Assembly (NCBI GenBank): GCA_904063045.1
Contig: CAJFCJ010000007.1
Location: forward strand, 4,495,911-4,559,910
Length of the DNA stretch: 64,000 bases
Source: Dimorphilus gyrociliatus
Lineage: Eukaryota; Animalia; Annelida
Direction of reading: 5' to 3'
Part shown: piece by piece, positions 24,230-34,851 of the stretch
Layout of the letters: each line of letters opens with the position of its first letter
How positions within the stretch are numbered: the first letter of the stretch is position 1
The notes under the pieces: model-generated
Databases searched by the model: none
What the model was told of the DNA's origin: nothing
The model's input: only the letters and a program-made list of their open reading frames with translations
Program-made: the position numbers and the translations under genes

Positions 24230-26189
24230 ATGGAGAACCTTAAAAAGATTGATCCATTTGCTCCTGATTTAAAAGATTTCGCACCCAAACCTGTTTTACC
24301 TGTACCCTCCAGTTTTAAACCTAATATTAATTCACCCTATTTTATTGAGAGTTCATTAACTTCCAGAGAAGCCTGTTTACGTGTTTTGGCAAGTGAAAAT
24401 GGTGGATCCGTGTTAGATATTAACTCGGAACTTACAGACGCCAGTTTGGAATTTGAGATGGAATCTGCTTCGAATACTAATTTTAATGTTGAGCATTCGA
24501 CAAATTTGAGGTTTTTTTCTTTATATTATCATTACTCTGTTCTATTTGTTTATTGTGTAAATAAATTGGAATTTTACTCGTCTTTTAGCCTAAAGGATAG
24601 GGATTTAAATGATTGCTCAATGTCGACTTTAAATTTGAAAGAGATAGCAGATAATTCCTTAAATTACATTAAAACTGTATGTCTTGTATATTCAATTGTA
24701 TATTTATGCTATTTACGACGAATATACTATTTATAACATCTAGAGGTATCGAATAAACAACTTTTATACAGACCAAGACGATAACAATATCGATTTTAAA
24801 GATTCGATTTATTCGATTTTTACAAATTTAACGTTCAAAATATATGGTAATAATTTTTTTACACGTTCATAAACATGAATAATATTAATAATTTAACATA
24901 TTTAAATATTAGACGGTGAAGTATTGTTATATCCTTGGAAGAAAACGAGGAAGTCATCACCTATCTTCAAGAATAATTGTGAAGCTAACCGTAAGTTCAA
25001 AATTTGATTTTTCAAAGAGAAACGATCTTTTTTATATTTGAATAAAGAAGATTACTGAGAGTCCATTGTATTATCTTCAGCTTCTAACTTACCTTTTTCA
25101 TCTTCCCTCCAAAAAACACCTTTTTCAAGTGTATTAAGAAGACATTCCCATGGAAGTGGTTGTCGAAACAAATATAGTCAAGAGAATTTGAATACAAATG
25201 ACTGGCGTCCACCAACTTTTCAATTGATTTATAATTCGTACGTATTACCGAAAGATTTAAATATACAATTAACAATGCAAAAGCGGAGATGCGTCGGATG
25301 CGGATCAGACGTAAGTATTAATATAATGAATTAATATAAACTCAATTCTATTCATTTGCTGATCTCTATTATTAAGATATCCAAAGCAACTTTTACCGGT
25401 TTAAGATTTTGCTACTATTTCGGAAAATATTTTTGTTTATGTTGCCACGACAACTCAAAATGCTTCATTCCAGCTAAAATATTAAGAAAATGGGATTTAC
25501 AAGCATATCCAGTTTCAAATATTGCTAAAAATTTAATACTACATGAATGTAATAATATTGAACAGTGGTCTTTAAACCTTCATGACTGGAATCCAGTATT
25601 ATTCGATAAAGTACGTGTTTTAAACGAAATTCGAGGGTTACGATATTACTTTTTGATCATTTATTCATATATTACGGAAAATTGTTTAAAGAATCCAAGG
25701 TAAAACAACACCTCATAATAGTATAGATTATGTTATCCTATATTTTTTCCTTTTGGTATATTTATCTTATAAGCAATAATTCTATTTTATTCTTTAGTTT
25801 GGCAAGAGAAATTGAAAAATTACCTCTGCATTGGTTGAATTCTCGTGATGATTATACAGTATTTGATTTAGTTCAAATTGGAAAAGGAAATTTTCTGTTT
25901 ACTCTATCGAGAATTGTTAAAATTTGTAAATCCCACATTGGAAAATGTAAATTATGCAAAGCTAAGGGAGCCTACTGTGAATTATGTAAGAGTAACGATA
26001 TCTTATTCCCTTTTGATGCGTATAAAGTTTGCCGTTGTATAAGTAAGTACCGAAGAAAAAGACTTTGAATAATAATTAATTATATTTCTTTCTTTAACAT
26101 TAACAGATTGTAAATCAATTTTTCATCAAAATTGTTTAAAAAATGATTCTACGTGTCCAATTTGTCTGGAGAATGAAGAAAATGTTTGA
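24230..26189 (+). CDS. Rubicon-homology (zf-RING_9/DUF4206) domain protein, Rubicon/PACER-like
   Basis: DWRPPTFQLIYN...QKRRCVGCG (Rubicon-type WxPPxxQI...QxxRCAGCG). RFCYYFGKYFCLCCH, IPAKILRKWD, CKLCKAKGAYCELC, ILFPF, and terminal C..IFH..C.....CP.C. Confidence 0.85.
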
Positions 26190-26620
26190 TATCTATAAAT
26201 AGTATTTATATTTATTTGAATATAAGCAGAAGAAAATAAAAGAGAACGAATTCCTTTTTGTATTATTTATGAAACATTAAACTTCTTGTATATTTCCTAA
26301 AGTATTAAATAGTCATAAATTGTTTTCAATCTATCCAACAAAATTTCTCCTTTTACGTTCAAGAGTTCAATACTTTTTTTTCTTTCCCAATTTTGTTCTT
26401 CGACTAAATACTAAAACCAAACAGGTGAGGAATAGGCTAAAATTGGTCTATTTTTATAACGTATTCACATAAGTTAACGCCATTTAGATATTATAATTTG
26501 AATGCCCGAATTTGTTATAATGAAAAAGTATAAAAGGCACAAGTCATATACATACAGAGAGAGAGAGAGTTTAAGTGGCAGATGAACTAAAAATAGATGA
26601 TTAATGTTAAAAAGATCTAT

Positions 26621-27514
26621 TTATCTTAATTTCTTATCCAAGCATATTTGAGAAAGAATATGTTCGTCAAATACCAATTGTTCTATTAATGAGCATTTAG
26701 GATGTTTTAGACGTTTGACCATTGGTAAACATTTCTTCAGTATTGAACATTTAGCAACAACTACCCGATTTTTTGGTGTTTCTTTTTTATGATTCCAATG
26801 GATACTTTCGCATATTTCTAAATCTTTAGGATGCTTTATTACTCCAGTTGTAAATTTTCTAGTTACTGGTAAGTCTATAGTTAAAAATGGTCTTCTCTTT
26901 CCGAAATAGAACTGTTTTTTAGTAAAACAGGTCAACATTGTTAAATCATCTATACATAGTTTTCCAAATTTGTCACTAAGAAAGAATATATCTAAAAATG
27001 GCCATGTATAGTTAAAAGATTTAATTGTTTTCATATTTCTATTGTAAAATTTCCATCTATGATTTCCAGTTGATAGAAGATAATCAGAATTTAAATTTTC
27101 AATTATATTATGAAATCTTTCTTGATCTTCTCTAAGCATAACAATATTTATATCATCGTTGTAAGGTATTATTCCATGGTGTCTCCATATACCTAATTTA
27201 GATCCAAATACTAACAGATAGTGAAGCTGATGTTGTTTGCTAATATAATCGAATTCTTTCAAAAGTTGTAAAGTAGCATTTAATTCTTCTATTGTCATAG
27301 CCGGTTTAAATTCAGGAAACTCTTCGTACAATTCAGAGCAGACTGGAAATATTTGGGTTATATTCGATGACCAATAGATGAGATTGTCATTTCTAAACTC
27401 ACGAATAGGCCCAAACTTCCTTATTATTGTCTTATTAGTAGAAAAATTGAATAGAAGAACGACCACGCAAAAACCACATATAATAATGGCGACATTTTTC
27501 ACGTATCCGTTCAT
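26621..27514 (-). CDS. LicD/fukutin-FKRP family nucleotidyltransferase-fold type II membrane protein, single coding exon
   Basis: N-terminal TM (VAIIICGFCVVVLLF). YLLVFGSKLGIWRHHGIIPYNDDINI matches the LicD motif YxLxxGTLLGxxRHxGxIPWDDDID; WPFLDIFF; RPF...LPV. Confidence 0.88.
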   Translation of the reverse strand: MNGYVKNVAIIICGFCVVVLLFNFSTNKTIIRKFGPIREFRNDNLIYWSSNITQIFPVCSELYEEFPEFKPAMTIEELNATLQLLKEFDYISKQHQLHYLLVFGSKLGIWRHHGIIPYNDDINIVMLREDQERFHNIIENLNSDYLLSTGNHRWKFYNRNMKTIKSFNYTWPFLDIFFLSDKFGKLCIDDLTMLTCFTKKQFYFGKRRPFLTIDLPVTRKFTTGVIKHPKDLEICESIHWNHKKETPKNRVVVAKCSILKKCLPMVKRLKHPKCSLIEQLVFDEHILSQICLDKKLR

Positions 27515-28962
27515 ATTTATAAAGATGAAGAAGAAACAAAACTGAAAAAAGAACTTGCCCTCTCTCTCTCTCTCTTTTACTGTCTCTTCAATAGATTTTA
27601 ACTTGTTCACAGAATTAACAGAACTTCCACAATACCAAGTGTAATGAGTCACTAACTATAACATTTATATATATATTTTCTTTTTAGGTTAATGTTAGCT
27701 CTTTCCTCCCACGTTCCTTTAGCGTATACTTTTTCTAAAGCAGAAAAGGCGAAATTTCTAATAGATTATATACTAATTTCAAATTCAAACATTAGTCTTT
27801 TGACTTTCCTTAAATCATCTTTTCATTCTTTAATTTAGATTCTAATGTTTCTTATCTCACTATTTTTGTTCAAAGTTGTCACTAAAGAGGAAGATAGAAA
27901 AGCGTTTTTAAAATATTTAAATAATTAATTTAATATTCAACTAGCTAGTTAGTCTGTTGGTTACGTAACAGAGATAAGAATGAAATATTATACAAATTAT
28001 TCTATTAGGCTAAACTAAAGGTATAACTTACCCTTGTTTACTATACGAATCTTCAACGATTTAAGGAAATCTTCGAAAAGAAAGTTGAACTTATCTTTTG
28101 ACAATGGCTCCCTCTAGTTTATTATAAATAAGTTGAGATGAACATATACTTTCTTAGAAATTTTATTAGAGGAATGACGTGTTCGAATAATTAAATACTA
28201 TATAAATTTATAAATCTATATATAGTTGATATAACATCTACACAGTTAAGGACTTGTAAAATGTACTTATTCCAGAAGTGATAGAGTAATTGATTATTTG
28301 GAAGGTGTCATAAATCTTTGGGAGAGAAATATTAGATATTTCTTTTGTAAAAAATGAACAACTGAGAAAGAGAAAGTGGAAAAGCTCAGGAAAGAGACAT
28401 AATCAATCATAGGAGTAAAGTTGGCATAAAACTTCCTATTCATTTTTCCATTGAGAAATTAAGCACAGCAATGATTCAATACAAAAGAGTTAAAAGGAGA
28501 GAATAAAATAATATTCAATTGAATTAAAAATGGACTTAAAGACATGTATTTCTTTAAATTCAAGGGGAAGGCTAAAATGAGATATTTTCATATTGAAAAT
28601 TTGAATTTCTATAAATCATTTACAACAATATTAAGGGCTATAATTATTTAATCATACTAATCTTTTTCCTTTATATTACATATAAATACTTTAGATCTAT
28701 AATAATTAATATGAAAAGACCTTCATATACTATTTGCTTTAGTTTCTTTCAGAAGTTTAACAATCGTAAATTTAGGTTATTTGTTCCTCATCATATTGAA
28801 AAACCGTATTGAAAAACATGCAGTAGGCATTGGTACATTTTCAAGTCAGTTTTTATTTATAACTATAAGAGATAAAATTAACCTATAGTGTGATTGTTCA
28901 AAGTATTATATTAAAAAAAGTAGTATTCTCATTTTATCTCTAAAATTATAAGTAAAGTTTCA

Positions 28963-31391
28963 ATGTTTTTGGCTAAACTGTTTATGATCAATGGGTTTAT
29001 CGGTTGTGTTCTTAGCAATGAGTTTTTCACTCTAAAATTAATTGAAAATTTATTAAAATTAAGTGAAAATTGTTCAAGATTTGATAGTCCTACAGTCAAA
29101 AAAATAAAAGAATGTCATTTCGAACGTCAATTGATAAGTAAAAATGTCGGAAAATTAAAACCTTGGGCTTTACAGCGTAAGTATTTTTTCTATAAATTGT
29201 GTATAAATAATAATCTATTTATTAATACAGTTGAATGTTCTCATGGTAGACAGAGCTCGAGTAATACTTTGCGTAGTAATTATTGGTTTGGGGATTATAG
29301 AGATTGTAAAAGCGTTAATATTCAATTAAGAAATTATAAAAGTTCATCAAACTACACAATTCGAGGATTATATTCTCTTATTAGAGTGAAGGTCAAAGAA
29401 AATCAGAAAAGATATATAACAGCCTTTTGTGCAACGCCCAAGTGCTACGATAGTCTACAGATAATAAGTAAGCAGTTATTATCATTTTTAATATTTTAAT
29501 GTTTTTAACAAAATGTTAGATTCGAATCAACAATGTTTTTCATCGCTTTACGAAGACATTTCATATTCAGCTGAAGAGGATTTAAGATTATTACAAGTTG
29601 ATTATTCCTTTTTATTTCTAAGGTTAGTTAGTTGAATAGTATATTTGAAAAGAAGAAAATTGATATGAACCCTTAATCCCTTCCTACTAGCTCATTTACA
29701 ATATTCCTATTTATAATCATTTCCATATCAACAATAATCTCTAAATACAAATCTTCTATTGACAATTGTAAGTTTTTTCATTTCTCATTCATCTCTTTTG
29801 AAGTATTCAATAATAATAATTTTTAATTATTTCAGTTAAATTATTACGCCTTTCAAAATACTTTTCATTCATTGAAAATGCTTCAAAACTGTTCAATTCA
29901 CGAAATTCTGATAAATATATAATAATTATTAATAATCTAAGATTAATAATTATCTTATTTATGACTTTTAAGAAAATTAACAAGTTTTCAGCTGGTATAT
30001 TATACAGTATTATTATTACTCAATTACTTTAATAACTCAATTTTCATCTATTTTTAGCTGTTGAAAATGACTTTACGAACAGGGAAAAACTAATATCAAC
30101 ATTAGCATTTGATACATTTTTTGTTCTAAGTGGTTTGGTAGCGACCTATAAATTTTTGAATAAATTAGATTTAATTACCAGTTTACCACAAAAACATCTA
30201 AATTCGATATTTATTTATCAACTTCTTATTGGATTCTTTCAATTTTTACCTGAATTTTTATTATTATATAGTAATATTTTACCAAGAACTATTTTTGGTT
30301 GCGATGTATTAAATATACAGGGGAAAAATAACGATACAGTAGACATATTTAATAGTACGAATTGCCAAAAGTACTGGTGGACAAATATCTTTTTTATAAC
30401 CGATTATTTCTCTTTGAAGAGTCAGGTAAATATAATTATCTCATGAATATTTATTAGCTAAATATAAGCATATTTATTTTTTTATTACAATAGTGTATTG
30501 TTGAATTTTGGTATTCAACAATCAATATAAATATTTTGATTATATTGATATCGAAGTTTTTACTAGTCATGTAAGTAATACATCAATAAAGAACTCTTTA
30601 CAAATTATATTGTATTAAATGTACTTTTTCAGTTTATCTTTAATATCAAATTCAATAATTATACAACTTCCTTTTACTCTTTTTACCATCTATGCTATTT
30701 TTTGCGATAAATTAAAGTAACATTATACTATACAAGTATTTAACCTAACTAATTGAACTTCTTTAACATTAAATTAAAGATTTATGAACGATTCACAAGG
30801 AGTTATTGTTTCTGATTATTGGCAATTTGCTTACAATAAATCATCCACAAGGATATATCCGTTTATCATTGGAGTTTTCTATGCTGTACTCACTCATCGT
30901 ACGAAGAGCTTTAAATCTTCAATTTTTTTAAATATTTGGCGGGCCACGGTTATTATTTTGGTTATTTTGAATGTTCTGTACTCTTCGTTTCAAAGCTTTG
31001 GAGATGCTGAATTATATAAAAGATTTATATGGACGTTAAGTATCACTTTGATAGTAAACGTTTGCAATTACAACGATAACGTTGAAAAACTTTTTCCAAA
31101 AACAAAAATTCTATGGTTTATATGGATACTAACCATATTTTGTGTACTAAATTGGCCAATGGTATTTCTAAGTTTGGTCTTAAAAAGATATAATCAGAAT
31201 TACGTCGCTACTGAAATAGTAATATATTTTTTTTTATATATATAAACAATAATGTTTTTTTTCTCCCCTTTTAGTTTCTGCATTATTTAAAATGCATAGC
31301 TTGGACAATTTCATTGTCTACCTTCTTTATATTCGGACTTCAAGAACCGTTATCGAATCTTGAATTATTCCTTTTGTCAACTAAAAATTGA
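28963..31391 (+). CDS. NRF-6/O-acyltransferase-like protein (NRF domain + acyltransferase-3), paralogue 1, highly diverged
   Basis: Signal peptide; NRF domain (WALQ...NYWFGDYRDC...FCATPKC); AFDTFFVLSGLVATY; CQKYWWTNIFFI; YNKSSTRIYPFIIG. Multi-exon. Confidence 0.8.
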
Positions 31392-31646
31392 ATTTATAAT
31401 TTTTTATTTAAATGTAAAAAGACGAATATTCAATAAAAAGATATTCAATTGAAATAGTATAAAATAATTGATGATTGAAACATTAGAATCATGTGATGGA
31501 GTAAATAATTCCAATTAGCTATTTCTAGTAGCTTGATGTTTATGTATATATAAATTTATACTAATATATATATATACTATATATGTTTTCGATTGAGTTA
31601 CGATTGTAACTAAGTATGATTAGTTGTTTTAAGTGAAAAAACTTTA

Positions 31647-33322
31647 TGTTAATATTGGAAACATTGGCGATGTCCCAATGACTGGGCGTTGTAGTCAACG
31701 ACTATACTGGCCAAGGGGGAAGGAATGAAACGAAATTGGTTCAAGAGATAGGGGATTATATTTTTAGCATCTCTTTCGACCTTGGTATGTCCGGTGTAAA
31801 TATCGTATGTTGGCTCTGATCTATTTCCTCAGCTTTATCGAAGTGATTGGAGTCATTTGTACTGATGGGAAAAGTTGATTTGGAGGCCAAAATTTGATCA
31901 TGTAGACTAGTGTGATGAGGTTGATTACATTTTTTACAATGAAACTTAGATGAACAATCTTCGCTTGTGTGATCACTTCGTAGACAGTTAGAACAATGGT
32001 TAAGGAGTTGAACTAGTCTCCTTCTTCATTCAAAGTTGGCATTTATATAAAATGGACAATAGGTCAAACAGAAGCTTATTTGTTGAGTCCTCGTTTGTGG
32101 GTCTGCTGGTTTTATATTGGGAAGGGTACTTGCCACCAAACTCTGTATATTGACGTTTGTATATTGGCTTTCTTGTTGTGTCGTCGGAAACCTTTTTTTT
32201 ATCCTAGATGCTACAACTGCTGTATTTACTGTATGAGAAATATAAAGCCCATTTGGGATAGCTCTAATAGTTTTTTCTATGATTTTTCCTAGTTTTGTTG
32301 TAAGTTAACTAAAATCATCAAGATATTTGAAAAGGAGATGTTTAACTTTAAATATATGGTGGTAATCTGTTCACATATCGATTAAGTCTTTCATATTGTG
32401 TATGATCTCCGTTTTTAGGTGAGTTTCGAAGTACAAGGAGTGCCTTGAATTCAATCCAGTCTGAAATGTTATCGGATTGGAAGGGTATACTTCTATTGAA
32501 GATTATTTCTAAGTCAGTTCTTCTAGATAATGAAGCATCACAATAAGCAAAATTCAAATTCTTGACTAAAGATAAGAAACTCTCTTTGTCATCATCATCA
32601 TGAAACTCGTTACTGCATACTTTGTCAGTCATCCAGCGATTTGCAATCAAACATTTCTCCGAATCTTCAATGTTAGCTTCCATCAGTGGAATAAGTACTG
32701 TTTTGTAGAAATGTTGATAGTTAGTACCGTTAGACCTTTTGGATGCGGTAATCTTTCTATTTGGGCAGTAGAATCGTACGTTGAAGGACCAGGATCGGTT
32801 TGTTGATTAACGAAGGGACCATTGGTAGATGGTATTCTGTCGTCTTCTTCGTGAGGACTTTGGATGTTCGAATTTCGCAATTTTGTTCTTTAACCGTTAC
32901 GACGTGTTCCGTCTCTTGCGCTTGAATAGGGACAGATGACTTACATGATTCATTGGTAAAATTTGTTTGGTTAGAACCTATCATTTGAATGATACGTTCC
33001 ATCGGGGCGGTTATCTCTGCTTTCATTATATTGATCACTAATTTGTTCTGGACGGTCATCTCCGTTAACCTCTCCTCGCACTTGTTTCTTTGCTCCTCCA
33101 GTCTATCAAATGTGGTTGATGATTCGGTCGTCATGTCCCTTTGAGGTACTGCTTCTGAGTCCAATAGACTTGGATCATTGGCGCCGGTGGCCATTTGAAT
33201 TCTATTCTTATTCGGCATAGAAACATTAGAAACGTAAAGTTAAATGTAAAAACAACTAAATGTTAAAATACTGCAAACATTAGCGACGTGCCAATGATTA
33301 GGCGTTATGATAAACGACTACA
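31647..33322 (-). mobile_element. Degenerate gag-only BEL/Pao-type LTR retroelement relic with ~60-bp terminal direct repeats
   Basis: Minus strand encodes the BEL/Pao gag knuckles CSNCLRSDHTSEDCSSKFHCKKCNQPHHTSLH (~31880-31995), preceded by broken gag ORFs (32348-33218). Direct repeats at 31647-31706 and 33261-33322 share 48/62 identities with TGT...A(C/T)A ends. No pol seen. Confidence 0.75.
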
Positions 33323-33392
33323 TATATTTACAGTATACACATATACACACATATACTGAATATACTGTATGAATTTGTAGGTATAAGATATT

Positions 33393-34060
33393 GATTGGTT
33401 GATAGTTTATGTGAATAAGTAAACAATTGGCACTTTGACACTGATACAATGATTACCAAGTTTCTCTTACAGCTTAGTGTCAGAAAAGATTACTATACTC
33501 AACATTAATATATAGCCTTTGACAAATGATAGGTGGATTTTTGCTTATTTAGTTAAATTATCCAATTCATTTCAATGAAAAATCATATCTTTTATATAGT
33601 GCAGAGAAGCTACTTATCAACTAACTTTAATGAGAAATGGTAATATCCTCAAATGAATTTTTCCCTTGTAATTATGATCATTATGATAATTTATTCAAAA
33701 TTGCCTTCTAAGACAAACATTTGTCTATTTGCGCACTAAAATTATTCACACTTATTTAAAAACCTACTGTCTCTTCTACATAGGCTCATAGATGATCTAT
33801 ATATACTCAATGGAGAAACATTCAATATCTACACTATCACAATTAAGTTGGAAAAGACACCTCACATCCCAATATGGTTTAATATAATTGTAAATTGAAG
33901 AAGGAGATTGAAAAAGTGTAAAAGGGAGAGAGGGAATGTGCGCAAGTGTGAAGTGCTGATTGGTTTGATTGTTTATATAAATAAGTCAACAATCAACATT
34001 GTGACATTGATACAGTGATTACCAAGTTTCAATTACACACTTTTCTCAGAGAAGATTACT
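33393..34060 (+). repeat. Diverged ~102-bp direct repeat (33393-33494 and 33958-34060) with CCAAT and TATA-like elements
   Basis: Shared blocks GATTGGTT, AATAAGT.AACAAT, TGACA.TGATACA.TGATTACCAAGTTTC, CAGA.AAGATTACT. Confidence 0.85.
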
Positions 34061-34851
34061 TCAATCTGAAGTCTGTTGGGTTTTTACGTTGGCCCAACGC
34101 CTTTGATATACGATAATTTCACTTTTGATTATTTTAACACCAGTCTAGCTTGCTATGATGAAGGGATAATATTCTTAACACGATGATTGATACCCGAAGA
34201 AAAAAAATGAACATAGAAAAGAGACTTTTTGTAGTATTTTTCGTTTCTACGCTTTTATAAAATGTATCACGTATTTCACTTAAATCAGTATATGGAAAGC
34301 TACTATTTAATATGCATATTAATCATTTTTAAGGTCGTGGAGTTAAACAGTAAATTGTTCTCTGGAGTTTTGTAATTGCTTTTGGAATACAATTATTTTC
34401 TTTACTGCATCGATAAACGATGAACAAATCTTTATAAGTTAGAAATAATGATTTGGGAACAAGCAGACGATGTTTAAAATGGGTTAAAACCTATTATTTG
34501 CAGTATTTGGAATACTTTAGTCGCTATTCAATTAATTAAAAATAATTAATGAAAAAAGTAGGCCTACTAAGTTTAAATATAAATGTGCTTTCTTATCTAT
34601 TATTTACATTTTAGCCCACACAAAAAAGAACCCATTAAGCTATCTTACATGTACAGTATATCAATTCTCACTTAAAAAGATAAATTTTAAGCCTATAGGA
34701 ATAAAACAAATACTGTATTGAATACGAATTTTTACAATATAAATCTTGTACACACCCTTTCTTCTCTTCGTTTTATCTTACATACCTTTGAAAATTAATT
34801 TACATATACGTCACTAACTTTTAAAGAGATATAACATTTGTCTAGAGAAGG

